Source of the DNA: an uncultured Verrucomicrobiae bacterium
GTDB taxonomy: Bacteria > Chlamydiota > Chlamydiia > Chlamydiales > Rhabdochlamydiaceae
Length of the DNA: 64,000 nt
NCBI GenBank assembly: GCA_963806855.1
Contig: CAWDYW010000001.1
Span: 1,216,001-1,280,000 of the forward strand
Direction: 5' to 3'
The position numbers were made by a program, and so were the translations under genes. The notes under the pieces were generated by a model, which ran no database searches, was not told where the DNA came from, and saw only the letters and a list, made by a program, of their open reading frames with translations. This document shows positions 27,516-36,537 of this stretch, piece after piece; the first letter of the stretch is position 1; every line of letters begins with the position of its first letter.

Positions 27516-28547
27516 ATGCAAAAGAAAACACGAATCGTACTAGGATTACTCCTTTTAGGAGTTTTACCTTTACCGGTGCAGGCTGAAGATTGCTGTCTAC
27601 CTTCCTATCAACCTGGAACTCCTCTCTGTGAGGATGAAGTCTGTACGATGTATCCTGCCTTTGCTGGAGTCAAATTAGATTGCGGTTTTAATGTTTTTAG
27701 CTATGCAGAATTTTTATATTGGTCAGCACTCACTTCACAAAGTTATGCAGTGACAACCTTTGAGGGAAATCCTTCGGGAAGCGTGCAAGATGAGCTCTCC
27801 CATCGATATGGATATCGACCTGCTTTTAAAGTGGGGATAGGGATGGTGATGCCCGATGGAGATGATAATTGGGTCGCATCGGTCGAATATCTCTGGTATC
27901 ATCATGATTTTACCAAGAAATTTTCCAGCCCCCTCCCGGTTACTCTAGCAGGTGCGCAACTCCCTTTTACAAATCCGATCTATAGCTCGGTCAGCGATAA
28001 ACTTAAACTCCATTACGATATGGTCAGCATAAATATCGGGCGACCCAATTATCTCGGGGAGCGGATGATTTTTAGCCCCTATTTGACCTTCAAGTGGTTT
28101 AGACGCAATCTTAAAACATCGCAAAACTTAAGTAGAGCAGTCACCGGCTTAGTCGACCATCAACAGACCAAATTGTCCTTTTCCTCGATTGGACTCGGGT
28201 CTGGAATTACAACAGACTGGCTGCTATGTTGGGGAGCCAGGCTTATTGGAAAAGTTGAATTTGGTTTGTTTATACCATACCGCAGAACAAACAAGGAGAC
28301 TACAAAGTCCGCTGAAGGAATCATCAGCAACACCAACACCCCAATAAGGCATCTCGACGTTCTCACGATCAGCGGCCTTGGAATAGGCTGGGGAAAATAT
28401 TATTGTTGCAACCGTTATCACCTGGATTTAGCTGCAACCTACGATTTTTTTGGCGAAATCTCAGAGCTTGACTTCAACGCAGGGATGTTCACTAAAGCAG
28501 AGATGATGATGCACGGATTGACAATCTCTGGACGATTCGATTTTTAA
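27516..28547 (+). CDS. Cys-rich MOMP-like / Lpg1974-family outer-membrane porin, copy 1
   Basis: Signal peptide, AEFLYW, PAFKVGIG, C-terminal GLTISGRFDF (beta-barrel terminal Phe). Confidence 0.78.
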   Translation: MQKKTRIVLGLLLLGVLPLPVQAEDCCLPSYQPGTPLCEDEVCTMYPAFAGVKLDCGFNVFSYAEFLYWSALTSQSYAVTTFEGNPSGSVQDELSHRYGYRPAFKVGIGMVMPDGDDNWVASVEYLWYHHDFTKKFSSPLPVTLAGAQLPFTNPIYSSVSDKLKLHYDMVSINIGRPNYLGERMIFSPYLTFKWFRRNLKTSQNLSRAVTGLVDHQQTKLSFSSIGLGSGITTDWLLCWGARLIGKVEFGLFIPYRRTNKETTKSAEGIISNTNTPIRHLDVLTISGLGIGWGKYYCCNRYHLDLAATYDFFGEISELDFNAGMFTKAEMMMHGLTISGRFDF

Positions 28548-28569
28548 AATATACCTCAAGGAGAAAAAA

Positions 28570-29700
28570 GTGGTGAAAAAATTTATACCCCGCGCCGTCT
28601 ATGTTGTTGGAATAGCTCAACTATTGCTCCACACACTCCCCCTGATTGCAGCTGATGAGTGTTGTGTAACCCCTTGTTGTGAAATGATCGGTGGGGAGCC
28701 GCTCGATGCTCGATGCATCGCTGCTGGTTATCCGCTGCCTGCGATCATCACCCCCTGTGGAAGCTGCCTCGACATGTATGTCAAAGGTGATTTTTGCTAT
28801 TGGGGCGTCATCGAAAACGAGCAACAAATTTTCGCACAGAAGATGACCACTGATGGGGCAACAATTAAAAACTACTTTGAAAAGGGGAAGTATCGTCCCG
28901 CTTTTAGAGTGGGCGCTGGTATTCAGATTAACACATGGCTTTTAGATTTTACCTATTATCGTTGTCATCATCATAGCCATATTCCAGTATCGACTGCACC
29001 TAATGAGCTGATTCAACTCACCACAACTCGACTGACTGGACCGCCACTGATGTTTTCAGGAGTCGATTTTCATGTCGACATCGATATGGATTATGGACTT
29101 ATTGCTCTAGAGCAGCCTATCTATCTTGGTAAAAATATCACCATGAACCTCGGTTTTGGCCTCATGGGGATGTGGATCGATCGTAAAAAGAACCTCCCGA
29201 GTACAGCCTTCGCCGGAGTCCTTCCTCCTACTGTCGTGACGGCTAATGGTTTTACCAGAACGCATCATAAAGCTTGGGCAATCGGGCCTAATCTTGGGTT
29301 TAATGTGCAAGCTCTTCTCCCTTGGGGATTAAAAGCTTTGGGCGCATTCAATGTTGCCCTGAATTATGCCTCCCTCTACAAAGGGGTCACACAAACCTCC
29401 TATCCAGCTTTAATTCCCCTTACCCCCTTTATACCCCCGTTAATTCAATACAACACAACCATCAACTCAAAAAAACATGTCCCCCATCTTGAGGGCTACG
29501 AAAGTGGCGAGCTCGGAATCGGCTGGGGCAACTACCTATGGTGCGACCGCTATTACCTTGATATATCCCTTACCTATATGTTCCTTTACCGTGGATCAAC
29601 GGTTTTTGGAACTCCGATCAATGGCCATGCAGTCGATCTCTCCAATTTGGAAGCGTGGGGTGTACATGGACTAACTGTTGGTGGACGATTCGATTTTTAA
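28570..29700 (+). CDS. Cys-rich MOMP-like / Lpg1974-family porin, copy 2
   Basis: GDFCYW, PAFRVGAG, AIGP, C-terminal GLTVGGRFDF. Confidence 0.78.
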   Translation: MVKKFIPRAVYVVGIAQLLLHTLPLIAADECCVTPCCEMIGGEPLDARCIAAGYPLPAIITPCGSCLDMYVKGDFCYWGVIENEQQIFAQKMTTDGATIKNYFEKGKYRPAFRVGAGIQINTWLLDFTYYRCHHHSHIPVSTAPNELIQLTTTRLTGPPLMFSGVDFHVDIDMDYGLIALEQPIYLGKNITMNLGFGLMGMWIDRKKNLPSTAFAGVLPPTVVTANGFTRTHHKAWAIGPNLGFNVQALLPWGLKALGAFNVALNYASLYKGVTQTSYPALIPLTPFIPPLIQYNTTINSKKHVPHLEGYESGELGIGWGNYLWCDRYYLDISLTYMFLYRGSTVFGTPINGHAVDLSNLEAWGVHGLTVGGRFDF

Positions 29701-29718
29701 AAAAGATTAGGAGCAAAT

Positions 29719-30789
29719 ATGTTAAAAAATGCCTTTCTCATGATAGCGGCGACCCTTCCGATCTTGGGTCACTCAGAAGATTACTGTGAGCCACCTACCT
29801 GTCTTGTTCCTTCCGAACCTCTAGAGTCTTGCCAATTGCCAGCTGGATATTTTTATCCTGGGCTACTCACCCTTTGCAATCCTTGCCTAAATATCTCGCT
29901 CGGTGGTGAGTTCATCTATTGGCAAACCAATTTTGCCGCTGTCGCCCAAGTGGGGACGAGGATCAGGACAGATGTTGAGGGCAACACCTTTACGAAAGAG
30001 CTTTTCCACAATCAACACTGGAAGCCTGGATTTAAAGTGGCCCTCGGATTAGGTTTTCCCTCTCTAGACCATTGGGAGCTAGATATGGAATACACCTGGC
30101 TACATAGCACCAAAACCAACCATTTTAATGCCGATTTTTTCAATGGTGAGATCATCGTCTCTAAAATTCTGCCACAGGTTTTTCCGATCGCCTCTTCCTC
30201 CTTAACATCTAAGCAGAGATGGGATCTGAATTTCTTATATGCGGTTTTAGGAAGGCCCTTGTACGGAAGCAAGCGTGTCATTGTAAACCCCGCTGTTGGA
30301 CTTCAAGGATGGTGGGCCGAGAGAAAACTAGATCTTACCTTCGCCGTCCTAGGAGGCCTACCACAAGGGACCCAAGTGACCAAGAATAACGTCTGGGGGA
30401 TCGGTCCCTTCGCCCGTATCGACGTGAAGATGCTCCTGATATGTGGAGCCTACATGACAGGTAAAGTGGGTATTTGGCCTCTTTATAGCAGAACCTCTAA
30501 GTACAGTACAGACACCAATTTTCCGATCACCGTACCGCCAGCCTTGTTTCCTGGCGCACAGAATGTGGAGACGAATCATAAAAATCCCCATGAGGTCCAC
30601 ATTTTCTTCCAGGGTGGCTTAAGGTTAGGATGGGGCACCTATCTATGCTGCAATAATTACCACATCGACCTTGCCGTGGGCTATGACCTGATGAAAACGA
30701 TCAAACGGATTACACCCATCGAAATGGGACTGGTCATCGACGACTTTTATGCCCAAGGTCTAACAGTCAGAGCCCAATTCGATTTCTAA
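29719..30789 (+). CDS. Cys-rich MOMP-like / Lpg1974-family porin, copy 3
   Basis: GEFIYW, PGFKVALG, WGIGP, C-terminal GLTVRAQFDF. Confidence 0.78.
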   Translation: MLKNAFLMIAATLPILGHSEDYCEPPTCLVPSEPLESCQLPAGYFYPGLLTLCNPCLNISLGGEFIYWQTNFAAVAQVGTRIRTDVEGNTFTKELFHNQHWKPGFKVALGLGFPSLDHWELDMEYTWLHSTKTNHFNADFFNGEIIVSKILPQVFPIASSSLTSKQRWDLNFLYAVLGRPLYGSKRVIVNPAVGLQGWWAERKLDLTFAVLGGLPQGTQVTKNNVWGIGPFARIDVKMLLICGAYMTGKVGIWPLYSRTSKYSTDTNFPITVPPALFPGAQNVETNHKNPHEVHIFFQGGLRLGWGTYLCCNNYHIDLAVGYDLMKTIKRITPIEMGLVIDDFYAQGLTVRAQFDF

Positions 30790-30795
30790 GACCCT

Positions 30796-30833
30796 ATCTC
30801 CCGAGTAGTCAAACCGATTCGGGAGATGGTTTT
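30796..30833 (+). terminator. Intrinsic terminator of the porin cluster
   Basis: ATCTCCCGAGT...ATTCGGGAGAT followed by GGTTTT. Confidence 0.7.
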
Positions 30834-30919
30834 ATTCAGGATAAATTTAAAAAAAATATTCTAACTTGAATTTAATTGCCAAGTATTTATGATTAATTGA
30901 TTTAAAACCGGAGATTTCT

Positions 30920-31357
30920 ATGATTGGTCCTATGGCTTATGTTCAAGTGTATGGAACAAATGTTCCATGCTCATATCTATCTTGCGAAGAAGTTAGCTCC
31001 CCAATCTACATCCATTGTGATAGTTGTCCAGCTCACCAAAAATGTCACGAAAAGGCTATGCATTATTTGGATGGGAATTTTCATTGTGGATTTTGCTTGG
31101 AAAGAGTTAATCCAAAGACTCTTCTAACCGAAAGGCAAATTGAACAAATCAAAGCCCCCGCAGCTTCACCAATAATAATTCCCGCTCCCTTCGAGGAATC
31201 TGCTGGTTCCCTAATGTCAGTTGTACCAAAAGTTGATACACCGGAGGGTGACGGTTTTCTGATGATGGAGGGAGGAGGCTCTGATGCTGCGGTAGCAAGA
31301 AAACTATGGGAAACCGAGATCGGATATGGATCCCCTAATGACAGAGATGACTGGTAA
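30920..31357 (+). CDS. Zn-finger (C4HC3, RING-variant/PHD-like) protein
   Basis: C17,C22,C33,C36,H39,C42,C56,C59; C-terminal SDAAVARKLWETE; GGAGA RBS. Confidence 0.65.
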   Translation: MIGPMAYVQVYGTNVPCSYLSCEEVSSPIYIHCDSCPAHQKCHEKAMHYLDGNFHCGFCLERVNPKTLLTERQIEQIKAPAASPIIIPAPFEESAGSLMSVVPKVDTPEGDGFLMMEGGGSDAAVARKLWETEIGYGSPNDRDDW

Positions 31358-31377
31358 TCCGGCAAACACTACATTTT

Positions 31378-32400
31378 TTAAGGCATACGAACTTCCCACT
31401 CAGCAGGGTTTTGGTTTTCAACACCTGAGTATCCTGCTGCACCGCTCGGTTTAGAATAGAGCTTACTTTCCCCGCTGAAGTCATGCTGGGTCACAATATG
31501 ATCGATCCCCTCGGCGATCAGCTGCCCTCCCCTTTTATTGGGTTCGATTCCCGAGTCATAAAGGCTTGCATAGGGGTTAAAGGTATTAGGAAGATCGAGG
31601 ATTGGGATATGCTCCTTTTTCGCTAGTTCTAATATGGGCTGATAGAATCTTTGCATCATTTCAGTAATGAGCGACAGACTAAACCGATTGCCCATGAGCA
31701 CCTTCTTCGTTACCGATAATGGAATGATCCGATGGCTTCCATATAGCCCAAGAGCCCCGATGCCAGTTGCAATTCCAGCCGTCAATGCCGAGATCGATCC
31801 CCCGAGGGCCCAGATAGGGGCAGTGAGAAGAGCGATGCAAGTTAAATGGACCAAGACCGCCAGGACCCCGATAAGGCCAAAGATCACATAAATACCATAA
31901 CGATCATTCTTGGCATCGGTCAAATATTGGAAGACCAAAATGGGCCGTACTCGCCCACTTAAACTCTTGACACTTTCGACAATTTGGCAGTAGCGCTCTT
32001 GGATTTGAGGAATGTCGCTAATCAGACGCCAAGGGTTCAGCAGATTAACCCGAAAATCATTTCCCATTACGCTGATCACGACATGTTGTGTAATATTTGG
32101 ATTTTCTGAGATTTTCTTTTTCAGATCCTTTAAAGGATAAACCGCTTGTCCATTGGGAGCTTTTTCTTTCATGTAAGTCTCAAAGACTGGATCGTCATGA
32201 GGAAGCACTCCCCCAATCCATCCCCCACCTAAAACCGTGCGCGTGGTAGCCCCATCGTATGCATGGCTAGTGACGATGTGCCCCTTCTGGCGCAATTGTC
32301 CCTCGACACATTTTCGTTTAGCAGAGTCGAGATTGCCCAGTCTAAGCATCCAAAAGAGATTGTCGATTGAGGAATCGCCAAGGGTTTGTATGTCAGCCAT
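31378..32400 (-). CDS. SGNH/GDSL hydrolase-like protein with internal hydrophobic hairpin
   Basis: LGDSSIDN (block I), ISVMGND (block III), GIEPN..GG (block V variant). Confidence 0.7.
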   Translation of the reverse strand: MADIQTLGDSSIDNLFWMLRLGNLDSAKRKCVEGQLRQKGHIVTSHAYDGATTRTVLGGGWIGGVLPHDDPVFETYMKEKAPNGQAVYPLKDLKKKISENPNITQHVVISVMGNDFRVNLLNPWRLISDIPQIQERYCQIVESVKSLSGRVRPILVFQYLTDAKNDRYGIYVIFGLIGVLAVLVHLTCIALLTAPIWALGGSISALTAGIATGIGALGLYGSHRIIPLSVTKKVLMGNRFSLSLITEMMQRFYQPILELAKKEHIPILDLPNTFNPYASLYDSGIEPNKRGGQLIAEGIDHIVTQHDFSGESKLYSKPSGAAGYSGVENQNPAEWEVRMP

Positions 32401-32455
32401 ATTCTCTCCAAATTTTGCTAAGAAATTATAGCAAAAGATGAGGAATATAACCTAT

Positions 32456-32659
32456 TTATTTTTTAGTTGGGCAGCTGTTTTTCCCAAAAATCTGATACAA
32501 TAGGCACCAGCTAATTGCCGCTTCGAAGACACAAAAAATCCCTGCGACGACAAGAATCCAACTCATCCAGCCTCCCCCTTTCCAATAAGCGAGGATTAGA
32601 AGTACAATGCCCAGACCCAGGCGTAGGAATCGATCAAGGGTTCCAATATTTTTTTTCAT
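32456..32659 (-). CDS. DUF2892 / YgaP-like membrane protein
   Basis: KNIGTLDRFLRL.LG...WCLLYQIFG.NSC. Confidence 0.88.
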   Translation of the reverse strand: MKKNIGTLDRFLRLGLGIVLLILAYWKGGGWMSWILVVAGIFCVFEAAISWCLLYQIFGKNSCPTKK

Positions 32660-32741
32660 TAGCTTTAACCTATTGCCAGCATAATTTTATGTCAACAAAG
32701 GATCTTGCATCTTTTGCCCTCCCCCCGCTAAAATTTGCTTT

Positions 32742-33500
32742 ATGGATAGTATCGTCAAAGGCAAAACGGTTTTTATTTCAGGAGCATCGAGTGGGATTGG
32801 AAGGGCTTGTGCTGAGCGATTTGCTAGGCTTGGCTCCAATTTGATACTCACTGCTAGACGACTCGAGCGCTTAGAGACCCTTGCAGAGGAGCTTTCTTCG
32901 AAATATGGGATCAAATGCACTCCGGTAGAGCTCGATGTTCAAAACAACGCTCAAGTGGAATCAGTATTCAACGGAATCGAGGTCGACATCCTAGTGAATA
33001 ACGCCGGCTTAGGTTTGACAATGGACAAATTACAAGATGGGCAAATCTCTAATTGGGAAACGATGATCGACACCAATATCAAGGGGCTCCTCTATGTGAC
33101 CAAGGCAGCGCTTCCCTCGATGATTCGGAAGAGCTTTGGCCATATCATCAACATGGGTTCCGTAGCAGGCCGATTTTGCTATACTGGTGGAAATGTCTAT
33201 TGTGCAACCAAACATGCTGTAAAAGCTCTTAGCCAGTCCTTACGCCTCGATTTACAAGGAACGGCCATTCGGGTCAGTGAAATCGCTCCTGGCGCCGTTG
33301 AAACAGAGTTTAGCAATGTCCGTTTCAATGACAAAGAGAAAGCGAAAAAGGTCTACGAAGGCTATGAGCCGCTTGTGGCCGACGATATCGCCGATGCCGT
33401 TATCTACTGTGCCACACGCCCCCTCCACGTCAATGTGGAAGAGATCGTGATCTATCCGCAAGCTCAAGTATTGACGAACTTCACTCGGAAAGAATCTTAG
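32742..33500 (+). CDS. Short-chain dehydrogenase (YdfG-like)
   Basis: SGASSGIG, LVNNAG, YCATK, PG.VETEFS.VRF. Confidence 0.92.
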   Translation: MDSIVKGKTVFISGASSGIGRACAERFARLGSNLILTARRLERLETLAEELSSKYGIKCTPVELDVQNNAQVESVFNGIEVDILVNNAGLGLTMDKLQDGQISNWETMIDTNIKGLLYVTKAALPSMIRKSFGHIINMGSVAGRFCYTGGNVYCATKHAVKALSQSLRLDLQGTAIRVSEIAPGAVETEFSNVRFNDKEKAKKVYEGYEPLVADDIADAVIYCATRPLHVNVEEIVIYPQAQVLTNFTRKES

Positions 33501-33540
33501 CTAGTTCAATATTTACAACCGGGGCATAAATCAGGACCGA

Positions 33541-34488
33541 CTAAATAACATTTAGTGTAATGACTGAAACAGCAACTGCCGTCCAGAACAGGGTTGTTGC
33601 AGTCTTTTTTAAACCCTGCCCGTGTGTTTTGGTTGCCGCTTCATTTTTTTGAGGAGAGACCAGATAATTATAAGTCATCTTTGCAACAATAGCAGCTGTG
33701 CCTAGCAAGGCTAGTCCACTTGCCACTTTGTATGGATCAGACGACATCCGTTGCCATAAATCCGAATTTATCCCTTGAATTAACGATCCAGAAATCCCAA
33801 GGTGCGTAATGGGGATCGGCTCTGCCGTTTCATAAGCATGCCGCGCATAGCCAGGATCATCATGAATAAGACACTCAAAAGCTTGATGGAAGCGACCGCT
33901 TAGCAAATACTCCATTTCGCAATTGAAAACATCTTTGGGTAAAAATCTAAACTTCAAGACAGGTGTCAAATAGCCTAATGTCGCCCCAACAATTCCTTGG
34001 ATGAAGCTCCCCTTATTATAAGTTACTGAATAACCGCAAGTCGCCATTCCGGATTGGATTGCATGTTTTTTAGGCAATAATCTTAAAGTATAAAACAGGC
34101 TGTTAAGGAAGGGGTTATCTATGAAGGGATACTGATAGGTCGGATAAGCTGAATCTTTGAAAACGTAAAAATTTCCTTTTGAATTCTGTACATCGTCTAG
34201 ATCCCCATAGGCTGCAGAAGACCCAGTTGAAGCGGATCCATAATTTGGGTCTGCGCCAAAAAGATTAATTCCGATATAGCCAAGAGGGCCTGTTCCATGG
34301 GTTAATGTCTCTAAAACGAGCGTTCGCGCAAGTCCCGCATCAACTAAATTATAAATACTCCAACAGGCTAAAGCAGCCCAAAAAATACGGGAGATTTTTT
34401 TTGTTTGGTTCTCGGTAAAAAGAGGCTTAGATACGACGGAATAGCCTTTTTCCACAAAAGATCTCAGTGGAGTAATTATACATGACAT
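33541..34488 (-). CDS. Membrane-anchored hypothetical protein (HGT motif, possible ART-like fold)
   Basis: 315 aa, TM segments at both ends, LTHGT......I...G and GNFYV. Confidence 0.65.
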   Translation of the reverse strand: MSCIITPLRSFVEKGYSVVSKPLFTENQTKKISRIFWAALACWSIYNLVDAGLARTLVLETLTHGTGPLGYIGINLFGADPNYGSASTGSSAAYGDLDDVQNSKGNFYVFKDSAYPTYQYPFIDNPFLNSLFYTLRLLPKKHAIQSGMATCGYSVTYNKGSFIQGIVGATLGYLTPVLKFRFLPKDVFNCEMEYLLSGRFHQAFECLIHDDPGYARHAYETAEPIPITHLGISGSLIQGINSDLWQRMSSDPYKVASGLALLGTAAIVAKMTYNYLVSPQKNEAATKTHGQGLKKTATTLFWTAVAVSVITLNVI

Positions 34489-34511
34489 TAAACAACATTC
34501 CTTTTTACAAA

Positions 34512-34541
34512 ATTGTACTATATTTAATCAATTAATGTCAA
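34512..34541 (-). promoter_or_regulatory. Sigma70/sigma66-type promoter
   Basis: Minus strand TTGACA, 18 nt, TACAAT upstream of ATG 34488. Confidence 0.65.
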
Positions 34542-34611
34542 TTAAAATATTATTTATAATGAAAGTGCTCAGGTTTGTGTAGTAATTCAATGAGGTTAGC
34601 TTATAGGAGGA

Positions 34612-34651
34612 AGAAAGGGAATAGCGGCAGTCGGACTTGAACCAACGACCC
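34612..34651 (-). repeat. Direct repeat of the tRNA-Met 3' end (att-like site)
   Basis: AGAAAGGGA(a/c)TAGCGGCAGTCGGACTTGAACCAACGACCC matches 36337-36376 at 39/40; degenerate similarity continues ~20 nt. Confidence 0.9.
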
Positions 34652-34948
34652 CATGGATATGTAATCCGCTGTATGTAAAGTTGAAATGGCCGTTTTTAGT
34701 AGCGCATGAGAGGCATTTAAGCTAGGTATTTTTCTAAATGTCAGAGTGTGTGTCAGGAATCAAGAGAAAACTTGTTAATAGTGCCAAGGAAAAACCATGA
34801 AGTATTTAGTGAGTATCTGCATAGAAATCACTTGATAGAGACGCATAATTCATTTTCGAAACGTGACATGCGGTTCATAATTTTGAGGGTTAGCAAGGCA
34901 AGGTTGCAGTGATAATTGTAATTGAATAAAGAAGGGCTTTCAATTTTT

Positions 34949-35410
34949 TCATAAGGTATTCTCAGCAGTCAACATATGCTCTCTCAAATGTCCTTCTATA
35001 GAAAATCCTATTTTTTGATAGAGTGTTATGCCACGTTGGTTGATAGCGCGAGTAGTTAAATAAACTCGGTGCAATCTAAGCTGGTCAAATGCTACATCTA
35101 ACATCAATTCCATTCCTATACGCCCAATTCCTTGCCCTCGATATTCAGGTGCAATAAGAATCCCTATTTCAGCTCTCCCATGTTCATGCTCAATTTTAGA
35201 AAGATGCACCCATCCTAGAGGCTGAGACTGGCTATTCTTTATCGCCAATAAATGATCACCTGATTTTCTCTTTTTTTCTACAAATATTTCCGTTTCTTCA
35301 AGACTGTAAAAAAGGCGACCAATCATTGCGATGGACTCCAAATCATTCAGCCATTGATGAAGATAAGGAAGATCGCTTTTCTCAAAAGCACGAAGGCAAA
35401 CATCTTTCAT
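34949..35410 (-). CDS. GNAT acetyltransferase (RimJ/RimL/SpeG-like), probably C-terminally truncated
   Basis: LRAFEKSDL, AEIGILI.PEYRGQGIG, AFDQLRLHRV, N.RGI.LYQKIGF.IEGHLREH then early stop. Confidence 0.85.
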   Translation of the reverse strand: MKDVCLRAFEKSDLPYLHQWLNDLESIAMIGRLFYSLEETEIFVEKKRKSGDHLLAIKNSQSQPLGWVHLSKIEHEHGRAEIGILIAPEYRGQGIGRIGMELMLDVAFDQLRLHRVYLTTRAINQRGITLYQKIGFSIEGHLREHMLTAENTL

Positions 35411-36108
35411 TAATTAAACACATCATTTGTAGTATTTTTAAAATTGATAAATTTTAATTGTTGTAAAAGCTCGTCACAATTTTTTGCAATAGGTATACCA
35501 TAGGCATAAATTTTTTCTTGATACCAACTATAGTGTGTGTGACTACCACCCAAAAAACCAACTACATTCATACGTGCTGCGACAGCCGCTTCAATTCCTG
35601 TGGAACTATCTTCAATTACAATGCAATCTTCCGGATTAAATCCCATTTGATTTGCAGCAAATAGAAATAAATCAGGAGCTGGTTTTCCTTTTGGAACTTG
35701 TTGAGATGTGAAAATTGATTGATTTGTAAAATATAAAAGCTGATTAGTCAATTCAAGACTTCTAGTAATACGACTTATTGAACTACTTGAGGCTATACAC
35801 CGGCGAATATTCATTTTTTCGATTGTTTCTAATACCGGTTTAGCTAAAGAAATTAATTCTGTTTCAAATGCTTTTAAAACGAGTGTTTGTTGTAAGGCAA
35901 AGTAATCTGATGGAATCTCAATACCTGAATCGTTCAGAATAATTTGACGAACAGAATTTGCATTCAATCCTGCAAATTTCATGATACAATCTTCTGCCGT
36001 TATCGAATATCCTAAAGAAGTCAAGGTTTCGGAAACAATTCTATTGGATATTATTTCACTATCAACCAACACGCCATCGCAATCAAAAATCACCAATTTG
36101 TGCCTCAT
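35410..36108 (-). CDS. HAD-IA family phosphatase (YieH/CbbY-like)
   Basis: IFDCDGVLVDSE, IASSS, GKPAPDLFL, IEDS.TGI. Confidence 0.92.
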   Translation of the reverse strand: MRHKLVIFDCDGVLVDSEIISNRIVSETLTSLGYSITAEDCIMKFAGLNANSVRQIILNDSGIEIPSDYFALQQTLVLKAFETELISLAKPVLETIEKMNIRRCIASSSSISRITRSLELTNQLLYFTNQSIFTSQQVPKGKPAPDLFLFAANQMGFNPEDCIVIEDSSTGIEAAVAARMNVVGFLGGSHTHYSWYQEKIYAYGIPIAKNCDELLQQLKFINFKNTTNDVFN

Positions 36109-36346
36109 ACTCTTTCCTTAACCTACAGGGTGTGCTTGGCGCCGAATGTCTGCACAGTCTCCTGTGTGAGCAAGGTGATCGACAGCCATGTCTGGATATT
36201 TTGGATCCACGCATTCTTCTTGTAGTTAGTAGCAGTTAAGGTTGTTCTATGATCCCATTCTATCGGATGGTTTGTATTATTAATTTGTGGAAAATGCATG
36301 TTTGTCTCACTCTGTTTTTTAAAATAATTTAGAAGCAGAAAGGGAC

Positions 36347-36420
36347 TAGCGGCAGTCGGACTTGAACCAACGACCCACGGATTATGATTCCGTTGCTCTA
36401 ACCAACTGAGCTATGCCGCC
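36347..36420 (-). tRNA. tRNA-Met(CAT), probably elongator (Ile2 not excluded)
   Basis: GGCGGCATAGCTCAGTTGGTTAGAGC-A-ACGGA-ATCATAA-TCCGT...GGTTCAAGTCC...TGCCGCTA cloverleaf; CCA not encoded. Confidence 0.93.
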
Positions 36421-36443
36421 GCGGGGACGATGATAAAAAAAAA

Positions 36444-36516
36444 TAGCGGGGAAAGGATTCGAACCTCTGACCTTTGGGTTATGAGCCCAACGAGCTAACC
36501 ACTGCTCCACCCCGCG
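36444..36516 (-). tRNA. Initiator tRNA-fMet(CAT)
   Basis: CGCGGGG...TTGGG-CTCATAA-CCCAA...CCCCGCTA; unpaired position 1:72 and three G-C pairs in the anticodon stem. Confidence 0.95.
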
Positions 36517-36537
36517 TCAATATTGATGTAAACAATA

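Larger units (their letters stand above)
34612..36376. mobile_element. Decayed tRNA-anchored genomic islet
   Basis: Bounded by tRNA-Met and a duplicate of its 3' end; AT-rich cargo; no integrase. Confidence 0.75.

Noticed and set aside
34612..34672. Possible extra tRNA gene
   Set aside because: Only the T arm and 3' acceptor strand match; anticodon arm degenerate and D arm absent. Treated as an att-like repeat
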